DNA of 32,000 bases, from assembly GCA_964514965.1 (NCBI GenBank), contig CAZETV010000001.1, positions 993,063 to 1,025,062 on the forward strand, read 5' to 3'. Every line of letters begins with the position of its first letter. The stretch's first letter is position 1. This stretch comes from Candidatus Hadarchaeota archaeon. Lineage in GTDB: Archaea > Hadarchaeota > Hadarchaeia > Hadarchaeales > Hadarchaeaceae. Below the pieces are notes generated by a model. That model was not told the origin of the DNA. It made no database searches and saw only the letters and a program-made list of their open reading frames with translations. The translations under genes were made by a program, and so were the position numbers. Below are positions 9,275 to 18,595 of the stretch, in pieces.

Positions 9275-10000
9275 TCACTCGATTGGCACTAAACGGTACC
9301 CGCCTACAGGAGCAGCTATATTCCCTGACCCTGAATATGGGGCCATAATCCCATTTTCGAAATCATATGCTGCGACACCCATTACGCCAATATTTTTCTT
9401 CACTAAGCCTAATTTTGCTGGGCAGTAGGTTTTGTCAGGCTCATTCCCCGCGGCTGCTACGACCATGACGCCAGCCTTTGCGGCATCCTCGGCCGCACGA
9501 CATATTTTACACTCTCCCTTGCAATCCCATATGCCCCATTTCTTCCAGTACAAGCCGACACTGAGATTGATTATCTGAGCTCCTTCTTTCACCGCCCATT
9601 GGATTCCATTTATCAAATTTTCCTCCGACCCTCTCCCCTCTGAATCCATGACCTTCACGTTAAGAAGACTCACGTCTGGGGCGGTAGCGAGCAAAATAAG
9701 AGCGACCATCGTCCCGTGTCCATTTAGGTCTTCGACCCCTTCTCCGGTAAAGTCTTCAGATTTTTCCGTGCTGCGCTTAATCCAGGGATGGTCAAGCATG
9801 AGCCCTGTGTCAATGACGGCTACTTTCACCCCCGAACCTGTATGTCCATTTTTATGCATTTTTTTGATGCCTTCAAATGAGGGATGTTCAGGAAGCATGG
9901 GGGCGAAATATTTGCCAGTTGCCGAGTCGTGAAGCAAATTTAAGTAGGCACCTTTTTTACCGGGTATTCCGCCTAAAATTTCTACTCTTTTTTCGTTCAT
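9275..10000 (-). CDS. Subtilisin-like (S8) peptidase homolog lacking the catalytic Ser region; possible truncated gene or pseudogene
   Basis: The Asp (VAVIDTG), His (NGHGTMVA) and oxyanion Asn (AAAGNE) motifs are present in the right order. The ORF ends at ...SGSGNIAAPVGGYRLVPIE*, about 10-15 residues before a GTSxA Ser motif is expected. No Ser motif occurs in any downstream frame. Confidence 0.65.
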   Translation of the reverse strand: MNEKRVEILGGIPGKKGAYLNLLHDSATGKYFAPMLPEHPSFEGIKKMHKNGHTGSGVKVAVIDTGLMLDHPWIKRSTEKSEDFTGEGVEDLNGHGTMVALILLATAPDVSLLNVKVMDSEGRGSEENLINGIQWAVKEGAQIINLSVGLYWKKWGIWDCKGECKICRAAEDAAKAGVMVVAAAGNEPDKTYCPAKLGLVKKNIGVMGVAAYDFENGIMAPYSGSGNIAAPVGGYRLVPIE

Positions 10001-10009
10001 GCGGTCACC

Positions 10010-10351
10010 CTATGTTGCTGCGACAAGAAGAACGATTGCCACGACGAGTATAACCAGAAATAAAACGGGGATTATCCTAGCCAATCTCTCTGTTAAGCTG
10101 TACTTCTCTCCTTCTTCTAAAACCACTATCCCCTTTGGGAGTCTGAGGGCGATAGTGCTCGCCAGCGCAGCTCCCACAACTAAAACAGCGAGCCCGGTTT
10201 GAGTGGTTTTTACTTTGATATCGCCTAAGCTACCCTCAAAAACTGTTGACCCCCCAAAACCAAGGATAGCAACTATCGCTCCAAAGAGGGATAGAATGAT
10301 GCCAGTCCATATTAGGGCTGTATAAGTGATAGACACCCTATTTTTCGACAT
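10010..10351 (-). CDS. Small membrane protein (about 3 TM), hypothetical
   Basis: There are three hydrophobic segments. It lies 10 nt upstream of the S8-like ORF on the same strand, so the two are probably co-transcribed. Confidence 0.5.
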   Translation of the reverse strand: MSKNRVSITYTALIWTGIILSLFGAIVAILGFGGSTVFEGSLGDIKVKTTQTGLAVLVVGAALASTIALRLPKGIVVLEEGEKYSLTERLARIIPVLFLVILVVAIVLLVAAT

Positions 10352-10631
10352 TTTTCGTCACCTTTTTTGGGTTATCCCGTATCGTACTGTTTAAGATAAT
10401 AATGACGACCCTTGTAACCTTGATTTATCGCTTTCTAAATTCATCAACAGCATTTTTAATCGTCTTTTCAAGTTTGCTTATCCTCTCAACCTCCTAAATT
10501 TCCCCCCACGTTTTTAACGCGCGGGCAACAATTTTTCTGGCATTTTATGAACATATAAGTTTACCCAATATTGTAATTTTTGGAAGTAGATATTGGGAGA
10601 GTAATCTATATCTCCAGTTTGGGGGAAAATC

Positions 10632-12218
10632 GTGTCCCGCAACCCTCATAACTCTTTCTCACCTTGTGTTTTTGGGATTAAGTTGGATATCCAAGCAATC
10701 ACCGACGGGCTGAGCTTCCAAGAGAAAAAAGTCCTACTTGCTCTTCAAGAACTTGGCGGGAGAGCTGAGATACCAAACCTTGCTGGACACGCCGGCCTTG
10801 ACCAGTCCGCTATAATGCGTGCTGTGCTCGCCCTATCCGAACATGGTCTGGTGGAGGTGCGGGAGAAAAAGTCTTCGAAAGTCGTAATTCTTCCAGAAGG
10901 TCTAGAATACTCTCGCGATGGGTTGCCCGAACGTAGGATGCTCGTGGCTTTGGCCAGCTGCGGCCCGGGAGTCGTCAACGAGATAGCCGACAGCGCCAAC
11001 CTGAGGGAGGAACGAACGCAGATTGCGCTCGTGTGGCTCAGGCGCAAGGGCTGGGCGGAATTTACCAAGAAGGATGAAAAGACCGTGCTAGCCATGACGG
11101 AAAGCGGCGGAGAAGCTCTTTCCCAGAAGTTGGCCGACGAAAAGCTGCTCGATTTGCTAGCAGCTCAGGCACGCAACTTAGACGAGTTGTCTGTTGATCT
11201 GAAAGAACCGCTTTACACTTTGGTGGAGCGGAAGCTGGTTAAAATCGAGGATGAAACATGGCGTGAGCTGGAGCTGTCCGATCTGGGAAATCAGGTGCTG
11301 AAGCTGGGCATCAAACTTGTCGAAGAAGTAAGCGAGCTTAGCCACGAGCTGCTCACTAGCGGGCGCTGGCGAGAGGTAAAATTCAGGCGTTATGATGTGG
11401 TAGCCCCGGTGACCCCTGCCCACCCAGGGAAGGTTCACCCCCAGCAGAGGGTCATCGACGAGCTCCGCGAAATTTTGCTCGAGATGGGGTTCGTCGAGAT
11501 TAAAAGTAACATTGTGGAATCGGAGTTTTGGAACTTCGACGCCCTCTTTCAAGCTCAAGATCATCCCGCTCGCGAAATCCACGACAGTCTCTCTCTCTCG
11601 AAGCCGGAACGGACTAAATTGTCATCGCCCGCGTTGGTCAAACGGGTGGCAGCGGCGCACGAGCGCGGTGTCGCAGGGTCGACGGGCTGGGGCTACAAAT
11701 TCAACGCCGAAATCAGCCAAAGGCCAATACTGTGCTCGCAGACTACCGCCGCGACCGTTCGCTACTTGGCTTCACACCCGGAGCCGCCAGCCAAGGTATT
11801 TTGCATCAACCGCGTGTACCGCAATGAAAAAATCGACTACAAACACCTTGCCGAATTCTACCAAGCCGAAGGGATAGTGATGAACCCCGGGCTTACGCTG
11901 CGTGACATGCTCGGATATCTCAAGCAGATAATGGTCAAGCTCGGGTTCTCGAAAATAAGGTTCAGGCCGGGATATTTCCCTTACACCGAGCCATCGGCAG
12001 AAGCGGAGGTATACTTCCCCGAAAAGCGTGAATGGCTTGAGGTTTTGGGTGCGGGAATGTTCAGGCCTGAGTTACTCCACCCGCTAGGCGTCAAACATCC
12101 CGTCCTCGCGTGGGGGATTGGATTCTCGCGTCTGGCCATGATTCGGCTTGGTGTCGAAGATATTCGAGACCTCTTCAACAACGATCTCGAATGGCTTCAT
12201 ACGAGGAGGAGGGTATAG
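10632..12218 (+). CDS. pheS: Phenylalanine--tRNA ligase alpha subunit (archaeal type)
   Basis: Class II core motifs are present: HPAREIHDSL, FRPGYFPYTEPSAE, GAGMFRPE, and GIGFSRLAM at the C-terminal end. The N-terminal winged-helix repeats are typical of archaeal PheS. The start may instead be the TTG at 10683 (MDIQAITDG). Confidence 0.9.
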   Translation: MSRNPHNSFSPCVFGIKLDIQAITDGLSFQEKKVLLALQELGGRAEIPNLAGHAGLDQSAIMRAVLALSEHGLVEVREKKSSKVVILPEGLEYSRDGLPERRMLVALASCGPGVVNEIADSANLREERTQIALVWLRRKGWAEFTKKDEKTVLAMTESGGEALSQKLADEKLLDLLAAQARNLDELSVDLKEPLYTLVERKLVKIEDETWRELELSDLGNQVLKLGIKLVEEVSELSHELLTSGRWREVKFRRYDVVAPVTPAHPGKVHPQQRVIDELREILLEMGFVEIKSNIVESEFWNFDALFQAQDHPAREIHDSLSLSKPERTKLSSPALVKRVAAAHERGVAGSTGWGYKFNAEISQRPILCSQTTAATVRYLASHPEPPAKVFCINRVYRNEKIDYKHLAEFYQAEGIVMNPGLTLRDMLGYLKQIMVKLGFSKIRFRPGYFPYTEPSAEAEVYFPEKREWLEVLGAGMFRPELLHPLGVKHPVLAWGIGFSRLAMIRLGVEDIRDLFNNDLEWLHTRRRV

Positions 12219-13859
12219 ATGCCGTCTATCACTGTCAGCTACCACGACCTCTGCAAGCTGGTTGGAAAGCGGATTGAGCCGAATCACCTCTGTGAGCGTT
12301 TGGCCATGCTTGGAATAGAGGCCGAAGCTTCTGACGATGAGCTCAAGCTTGAAATTACACACAACCGCCCTGACCTGCTCAGCCCCGAAGGAGTAGCACG
12401 GGCACTTAGGGGCTTTTTAGGCGTGGAGACCGGATTACCCCTTTACAAGCTGAGCGTTTCTGGAGTGAGTGTTGAGGTTGACCGGAGTGTTGAGGCCATC
12501 CGACCCTTTATCGCGGCTGGCGTTGTGGCAAACGTGAAACTGACCGATGAAATCGTGGCCTCGCTTATGCAGGTCCAAGAGAAGCTTCACGTCTCGCTAT
12601 GTAGAAATCGGAAGAAGGGCTCGATAGGTGTCTACGACCTCGACACCGTAAAACCGCCCTTGCGTTACACCACCACGTTGCCCGACGGCATTCGCTTCGT
12701 CCCGCTGGAATTCGCCCGGGAGCTCACGCCAGTTCAGATTCTGCGCGAACACCCTAAGGGTATTGAATATGGTTCAATCATGCAAGAGTGGCCCCGCTAC
12801 CCGTTACTAGTTGACTCCCAAGGTGTGGTGCTTTCCATGCCCCCAATCATCAACAGCGAGTCCACGCGTGTCACGAGCAACACAAAACGACTCTTCATTG
12901 ATGTCACTGGCGAGGACGAGCGCGTGGCTAACCAATCCTTAAAGATTTTGATGACAGGACTGGCGGAGCGGGGTTTTGAGATTCAGTCAGTCGTGGTTAA
13001 ATATCCGAGCAGGCGCGTTAAAACGCCCGACCTCCGCCCCAGTCGGCACCGCCTGAGTGTGTGCGCCACGAACGAGTTTACAGGTCTCAACCTAAAACCT
13101 AAGGAAATTGCCGATATTGCGGAACGCATGCGTTATGGCGTTGCGGGCATCAAAGGTAAAATCCTGACACTATTGGCTCCATCCTATCGAGGCGACCTAA
13201 TGCACGAGGTTGACCTCATCGAAGATATGGCAATAGGCTACGGCTACGACCGGCTCGAGCCCACGCTGCCTAAGGTGGTAACCACAGGCGAGCGGGCACC
13301 AGTAGAGCGACTCAGTGAGCGGGCTAGGCGAGTTTTGACTGGGTTGGGATTCATGGAGGTTATGACTTACACTCTCACCAACCAGCACACGAATTTCGAA
13401 CTCATGCGGGTAGAGGGCGAGGCTGCAGAAATCGCAAATCCGGTGTCAGAGGAGTACACAATCATCAGAAACTCGTTGCTCCCCTGCTTGCTCTCTGTGC
13501 TGCAAGCGAACCGACGCAACCCGTTGCCGCAGCGCGTGTTTGAGGTGGGGGATGTTTTGGTACTTGACGAACAGGCTGAAACTAGTGCTAGAGACGTACG
13601 CCGTGCCGCAGCAATGGTAATCGGCGAGGAAGCAGGGTTCACCTATCTCAAAGCCGTTGCGGAGGCCTTGCTCCGCGAGTTAGGCATTTTCTATGAGGTC
13701 CGTCCCATCGAGCACTCCAGCTTCTTGGAAGGTCGAGTGGCTGAGTTTGTCTCCGACGGTAAAAGCTTGGGGGTTGTTGGCGAGATACATCCAGAAGTCA
13801 TCCTAGGATTCGAGCTCGAGCATCCGGTCGCGGCGTTTGAGCTTGATCTAAAAAAGTAA
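12219..13859 (+). CDS. pheT: Phenylalanine--tRNA ligase beta subunit (archaeal type)
   Basis: MPSITVSYHDL at the N-terminus, ITHNRPDLLSPEG (B3/4 domain), and a length of about 545 aa. It starts immediately after the pheS stop. Confidence 0.9.
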   Translation: MPSITVSYHDLCKLVGKRIEPNHLCERLAMLGIEAEASDDELKLEITHNRPDLLSPEGVARALRGFLGVETGLPLYKLSVSGVSVEVDRSVEAIRPFIAAGVVANVKLTDEIVASLMQVQEKLHVSLCRNRKKGSIGVYDLDTVKPPLRYTTTLPDGIRFVPLEFARELTPVQILREHPKGIEYGSIMQEWPRYPLLVDSQGVVLSMPPIINSESTRVTSNTKRLFIDVTGEDERVANQSLKILMTGLAERGFEIQSVVVKYPSRRVKTPDLRPSRHRLSVCATNEFTGLNLKPKEIADIAERMRYGVAGIKGKILTLLAPSYRGDLMHEVDLIEDMAIGYGYDRLEPTLPKVVTTGERAPVERLSERARRVLTGLGFMEVMTYTLTNQHTNFELMRVEGEAAEIANPVSEEYTIIRNSLLPCLLSVLQANRRNPLPQRVFEVGDVLVLDEQAETSARDVRRAAAMVIGEEAGFTYLKAVAEALLRELGIFYEVRPIEHSSFLEGRVAEFVSDGKSLGVVGEIHPEVILGFELEHPVAAFELDLKK

Positions 13860-13894
13860 GGCTTTTACTCCACGAAAAACCAACTTAAACTGCG

Positions 13895-14176
13895 ATGAAG
13901 GAATAAACCCGTGGTAATCGAGAGCTGGCGTGATTTATGAGCGTCGGTGCATCACTGCGGGAACACTGGAGCAATCCGTCGGCAATCGTGCCAAAAATTG
14001 GGTCCTCGTCCGAGCGATTGGCGGGAACACCTAGTGATGATTTCGAGACAACCCTGGTGCGGAACACGGCGGGCGGCCCCCGAGAAAATCCGCCATCGAG
14101 GGTTAGCGGGTGAAGGACGTCTAAAAGACAGCCCATGAAGCCCGCTGTTAGTTGTGTCGGAGACATTGGGGGCCAA
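13895..14176. ncRNA. Candidate structured RNA of unknown class (strand unresolved)
   Basis: This is an ORF-poor, GC-rich island of about 280 nt between pheT and the pilus ATPase gene. Many helices can be drawn: CAUCACU 13950-56 with AGUGAUG 14033-39; AACCCU 14050-55 with AGGGUU 14098-14103; AGCGGG 14104-09 with CCCGCU 14145-50; and GGCCCCC 14076-82 with GGGGGCC 14168-74, which would form a pseudoknot. The motif GCGG(G)AACAC occurs three times. T-tracts flank the region on both strands. The size suggests SRP RNA, but I could not find the helix-8 signature. Confidence 0.35.
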
Positions 14177-14282
14177 TTTCGTTTTTCTGTTCATATTTGT
14201 AAGGCGAAAAAGAATATTCGCAAAATCCGAAGATAAGCTTAAATTTACTGAAATTCGGTTAACTTTGGGGGTGAGCGGGTAA

Positions 14283-15980
14283 GTGGCAAGGAAAAGAAAG
14301 ACAACACGCGCTGATAAAAACACGGGGCCTCGGACGAAAACTCCAAGTGGAGAATTTGAGGTTTTGGCTGGCGAGGGTGAGGGACTCTTATCTGAAATTC
14401 TAACAGGCGCACCGCCAAATGAAAGCAAATCAACCGCAAAGCCTGCAGGGGGACTTGCTTCATCCGCAAAAGTTGTTATAGAACAGGTATCCAAAGTTGG
14501 GAAAGTGGTTGATAGCTACGGTAAGACTGAAATAGTTTCTGTCGAGGGCCAGGCTCTGCCGATTTACAAGTCGAAATTGCCCGACCTGACGAAACAGGAA
14601 TTAAAGCTACTCGAGATTGCAAAAGAGAAGGCGATAGAGGAAGTCAGTGTCAATCTGGAAAAGATTTCTGACCCGGCAGAACGTCGGAACACCCTCATGC
14701 GCGAGGTCCTAAAAATACTCGAACGCGAGAGCAAGGGGACGTACATCTCGTCTGGAAGATTAACTCACTTAGGCGAAGCCGCCGTGCGGGACATGATCGG
14801 TTATGGGCAGCTTGATTCTATAATCGCTGATGACCAACTTGAAGACATTTTGGTGACGGCGGTGGGCAAGCCCGTTTACGTCTATCATCGAAAGTACGGA
14901 ATGTGCGCTACGAACGTTGTTTTTGAGAGCGATGAAGCGATTAAATATCTCATAGAAAAAATGGCGCGCGTCGTGGGCAGACGGATAGACCAGCAGACGC
15001 CCTTGCTTGACGCACGATTACCCGATGGAAGCAGGGTGAACGCGACTATACCGCCGATTTCTCTTGATGGATCAACGATCTCAATAAGAAAGTTCCGCAA
15101 GGACCCGCTCACGGTGGTCGACATCCTAAACTTGGGCACCCTCTCAACAGATGCCGCGGCGTTCCTCTGGCTGGTCGTGGATGGTTTTGGCATCAAGCCC
15201 GCAAACATCCTATTCGCGGGGGGGACGGGCTGCGGAAAGACGACCATGCTCAACGCCGCCATAACTTTCGTCCCAGAGCGGGAGCGCATCATCTCGATTG
15301 AGGACACCGCCGAGCTTCAACTTTCTCATAAACACTGGATTAGACTTGAGACGCGCCCACCAAACGTCGAAGGACGCGGAGAGGTTACGATGAATGATTT
15401 GGTTAAAAATGCACTACGAATGAGGCCGGACCGGATGATCGTGGGGGAGGTTCGAGGTCCAGAAGCACAGACGATGTTCACCGCGATGAATACCGGCCAT
15501 GATGGTTGCTGTGGCACGCTGCACTCAAACAGTGCGGTTGAGACAATTTCGCGCCTGACTGAGCCTCCGATGGCTGTGGCCCCCATAATGATTCCAGCTC
15601 TCGATATCATCGTGATGCAACAACGCATCTACCACCGCCAGAAGGGACAGATTCGAAGGGTCACCGAGGTCTCCGAGGTTACTGGTCTAGAGAGTGGAAA
15701 ACCTCAGCTCAGCCGCATCTTCAAGTGGGACCCCCGCACGGATGTGGTCGAGCCGACCAGCGTACCAAGCAAGATTAAGCGCACGATAGCAGAGTTTAGC
15801 GGGATGAGCGGGAACGATATCGAGATCGAACTTGGGAAGCGTGCGGCAGTACTGGAATGGATGAAACATCAAGGTATACGAAATATTTTCGAGGTGAGTA
15901 ATATTATCCAAGAGTACTACCAAAACCCGGAGGAAATATTAAATCGCGTAAGGAACGAGAAGAACACTAAGCGTCATTAG
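14283..15980 (+). CDS. Type II/IV secretion system ATPase (FlaI/PilB/TadA-CpaF family) of the type IV filament locus
   Basis: Walker A FAGGTGCGKTTMLNA, Asp box/Walker B PDRMIVGEVRGPEA, and His box GHDGCCGTLHSNS. The N-terminal 70 aa look disordered and basic. The start codon is GTG. Confidence 0.9.
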   Translation: MARKRKTTRADKNTGPRTKTPSGEFEVLAGEGEGLLSEILTGAPPNESKSTAKPAGGLASSAKVVIEQVSKVGKVVDSYGKTEIVSVEGQALPIYKSKLPDLTKQELKLLEIAKEKAIEEVSVNLEKISDPAERRNTLMREVLKILERESKGTYISSGRLTHLGEAAVRDMIGYGQLDSIIADDQLEDILVTAVGKPVYVYHRKYGMCATNVVFESDEAIKYLIEKMARVVGRRIDQQTPLLDARLPDGSRVNATIPPISLDGSTISIRKFRKDPLTVVDILNLGTLSTDAAAFLWLVVDGFGIKPANILFAGGTGCGKTTMLNAAITFVPERERIISIEDTAELQLSHKHWIRLETRPPNVEGRGEVTMNDLVKNALRMRPDRMIVGEVRGPEAQTMFTAMNTGHDGCCGTLHSNSAVETISRLTEPPMAVAPIMIPALDIIVMQQRIYHRQKGQIRRVTEVSEVTGLESGKPQLSRIFKWDPRTDVVEPTSVPSKIKRTIAEFSGMSGNDIEIELGKRAAVLEWMKHQGIRNIFEVSNIIQEYYQNPEEILNRVRNEKNTKRH

Positions 15981-15987
15981 TGATTCC

Positions 15988-17097
15988 ATGCCGAAAAAAA
16001 AAGCTAAAAAGCCGAGTTCGTTGAAGAGATTTTTTTCTGCAGTTGGCGGCGGTGTGATAAAAACAGGCACTACAGCACAGCGCGTGGGTCAGGCAGTCAA
16101 TATTACAAAGAGGCCTGAAGCTCCAGAAAAGGCTGATGGGGAAGTTGCCCGAAGGCTGCGTGAACTGAAACGGCTCGAAAGTTTGCGTGAGGAAGAAATT
16201 GCCGCAGAGCGTAAGCTGAGAGAAGATAAAAAGTGGGAGGTACGCGCGGAGCTGAAGAGGTCGTTATCCGAGCGCCTCTCTGAGATTTTTTATTCCCCGC
16301 TCAAGCGCCCGGCTCAGCGAATGGCTACGTTTTTTAAGGGGTTAGATGATGACCTCTACAAGGCTAACATCAGAGTTGCCCCCACGCATTATGTGGCACT
16401 AATGATCGGGATGAGCCTCATCATGAGTGTCTTTGCATTAGTTCTTATGCTCCTGTTTTTACCCGTCCTCTTTGCAGTGGTTGGTGGAGTGTTCGCTTTC
16501 GTGCTAGTACTGGTTTTTAGTAGAACCCAGCCAAAGCGTAAGGCTAAGGCGCGAGTAGTCGGGATAAATCGCGTAATCCCGTACGCTATGCGGCACATGG
16601 CAACGCAGCTTTCATCTGGAATAGGCCTCCCAGAAACTATTACTTCGGTCAGCAAGGCTGATTATGGCGCTCTCTCGGAGGAGTTTGACAGAGTCATACG
16701 TGACATGCATACAGGGATGAGCACGGAAGAAGCACTAACGAGTATGACCCAGCGGGTGGACTCCGAGCCACTCCGTCGAGCAGTCCGCCAAGTTCAGCGC
16801 ACTTTACGGACGGGTGGCGACTTGGCTGGCATCCTCCACACTTTGGCCGACGAAACAGCTTTCGAGATGCGCATGAAATTACGAGACTATACTCAATCAC
16901 TCAACATGCTCACGATGGTCTACATGTTTGCCTCCGCGGTCATCCCAGCCATGCTTATGGTCATGATAGCGGTGGGTAGTCGAATGGGCGGAATGATGTT
17001 TACTTCAGCGAGTGCGGCAGTCCTCTTTTTGATTCTCATCCCATTCATGTTATTATACTTCGTCATGATGATCAAACGCTTCGAGCCGAGGTTATGA
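15988..17097 (+). CDS. Type IV filament platform protein, single T2SSF domain (TadB/EpdJ-like)
   Basis: A cytoplasmic charged N-terminus is followed by one T2SSF-like helical domain (RHMATQLSSGIGLPETI...RAVRQVQRTLRTGGDLAGIL) bracketed by TM segments. The stop overlaps the next start (ATGA). Confidence 0.8.
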   Translation: MPKKKAKKPSSLKRFFSAVGGGVIKTGTTAQRVGQAVNITKRPEAPEKADGEVARRLRELKRLESLREEEIAAERKLREDKKWEVRAELKRSLSERLSEIFYSPLKRPAQRMATFFKGLDDDLYKANIRVAPTHYVALMIGMSLIMSVFALVLMLLFLPVLFAVVGGVFAFVLVLVFSRTQPKRKAKARVVGINRVIPYAMRHMATQLSSGIGLPETITSVSKADYGALSEEFDRVIRDMHTGMSTEEALTSMTQRVDSEPLRRAVRQVQRTLRTGGDLAGILHTLADETAFEMRMKLRDYTQSLNMLTMVYMFASAVIPAMLMVMIAVGSRMGGMMFTSASAAVLFLILIPFMLLYFVMMIKRFEPRL

Positions 17098-18035
17098 CGA
17101 TGAGTGTGCTTAAAAAAATGGCGGCGTTTGCGAAGCGCGTGTTTCCAGAGAAATTCCTGCAGAGCCTCAACCGCAGGTTGGAGTCAACGAAAATCGCACT
17201 CGCTGCTGAGGAATACGTGGGAGTGGCCCTCCTAGCGACGATACTCGTGGGTGTGACAGCGGGTTTCATGGGCATTCTCCTGAATTTCCCACTCCCAGCG
17301 CCTCTGCTCGCAATCATTGTAGCCGTTGCCACCTTTCCAGCGCTGACGATTGGGGTGCCCTATTATCTGGCCCAACGTAGGGCTGCTGAGCTGGAAAGTG
17401 TGTTACCAGATGCCCTCCGCCAGATGGCGAGCACTCTGCGGGCTGGTGTGGGGATAGACGCCGCGATGGATGATATAGTAAAATCAAAGTACGGCACGCT
17501 TTCAGATGAATTCGATCGGGTGGTGACGGAGATTCGTAGGGGGAGAACCCTCGACAACGCTCTCTTGGCTCTAGCGCGGAGGTCGAATTCGCCCCTCTAT
17601 GAGCGGGCCTTTCACCTGATTGTTGAAGGTATCGAACGCGGCGGAGCTCTCGCCAACGTGCTCGACGCAGTTTCCACTGACATCAAGGAGACGCATGCGA
17701 TCCAGCGTGAGAGGAGGGCAGCCACAATGCAGCAAGTATTATTCCTGCTCGCCGTGGCTCTCTTTGCAGTTCCATTCATAGTTGGCCTCACGGTTGCGGT
17801 GACCGGAATTCAGGTAGGCAGAGGGCCAGTGACAGGTTCAGGCCTGCCAGCGGAGATGAGCACGATCGCCATGATGTACATAGTGATACAAGCGCTCATC
17901 TGTTCGCTCGCGGTCGGAGTGATTCGTTACGGCAAGATGTTAAAAGGCCTAACTTTCGCCGTGCCGTTTGTGATGGTCTCGGCAGTCGTCTTCTATGTTG
18001 CCCAGAATATAATCGGGGGCATTGCGTCAGTTTAG
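17094..18035 (+). CDS. Type IV filament platform protein, single T2SSF domain (TadC/EpdK-like)
   Basis: LPDALRQMASTLRAGVGIDAAM...VVTEIRRGRTLDNAL plus flanking TM segments. It is a paralog of the preceding ORF and is translationally coupled to it. Confidence 0.8.
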   Translation: MTMSVLKKMAAFAKRVFPEKFLQSLNRRLESTKIALAAEEYVGVALLATILVGVTAGFMGILLNFPLPAPLLAIIVAVATFPALTIGVPYYLAQRRAAELESVLPDALRQMASTLRAGVGIDAAMDDIVKSKYGTLSDEFDRVVTEIRRGRTLDNALLALARRSNSPLYERAFHLIVEGIERGGALANVLDAVSTDIKETHAIQRERRAATMQQVLFLLAVALFAVPFIVGLTVAVTGIQVGRGPVTGSGLPAEMSTIAMMYIVIQALICSLAVGVIRYGKMLKGLTFAVPFVMVSAVVFYVAQNIIGGIASV

Positions 18036-18595
18036 CGTTCCATGCCAAGTTCTTGTAAATCGTTATATATCGTATCACGCGAAACTCCGAATCTCTTGGC
18101 CACTTGCACAAGGTTTATCGCTTTTGCGTCGTTGCCGAGCAATCGCAGTAGCACCGTTAAACGTTCTCGACGTTCCCACAAACTGAGCTTACTAATTTTT
18201 CTGGGGACATCCTCATTCACAGCAACGATGAGCGTGGCATAGGTACGCTTTGTTAGAGGGGGAGTAATGAATTTCAGGTAAAACCCGATGATCTCCCCGC
18301 GTAGTTTCGACAAGCGTGCATTTATTTTATCTTGGGCGCGTTGAAGGGCAACCGCCTCACTACCGCCGACTTCGTTCACCCAGAGGATGCATTTTGGTCT
18401 GACATCACTTTCGTCTATCACCAAAGCTATGCGCGCAATTCCGCCAGTCAAACCTGAGCTGACGTTCACATCCATCCGAGTTATACATCCTTGCATTTTT
18501 GCAAGCTTCTCGTTAATTTCATTTGCAGTTCGTTTGAGCGCCTTTCGCACATTTGTAGCTCGCCGCACGCAGCTCAGAACTTGCAAGTTTATCAA
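18032..18595 (-). CDS. HTH DNA-binding protein with an uncharacterised N-terminal domain (candidate pilus regulator)
   Basis: The C-terminal HTH is INLVQVAKRFGVSRDTIYNDLQELG. It diverges from the pilin genes and converges on the tadC-like gene with a 4-nt overlap. The start is uncertain: TTG 18595 or an internal ATG giving MQGCITRMD. Confidence 0.6.
   Translation of the reverse strand: MINLQVLSCVRRATNVRKALKRTANEINEKLAKMQGCITRMDVNVSSGLTGGIARIALVIDESDVRPKCILWVNEVGGSEAVALQRAQDKINARLSKLRGEIIGFYLKFITPPLTKRTYATLIVAVNEDVPRKISKLSLWERRERLTVLLRLLGNDAKAINLVQVAKRFGVSRDTIYNDLQELGMER

Noticed and set aside
13895-14176. Calling this region SRP (7S) RNA outright
   Set aside because: The size and GC-rich structure fit. 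However, I could not locate the conserved helix-8 loop pattern or the Alu-domain motifs on either strand, and the 5' and 3' ends do not form an obvious long helix 5. It is kept only as an unclassified candidate.
13952-14494. 180-aa minus-strand ORF, plus the 93-aa (13885-14166) and 63-aa (13947-14138) ORFs
   Set aside because: These are low-complexity translations with no Shine-Dalgarno or promoter context. They overlap the start of the well-supported ATPase gene and lie within the GC-rich, structured-RNA-like island.
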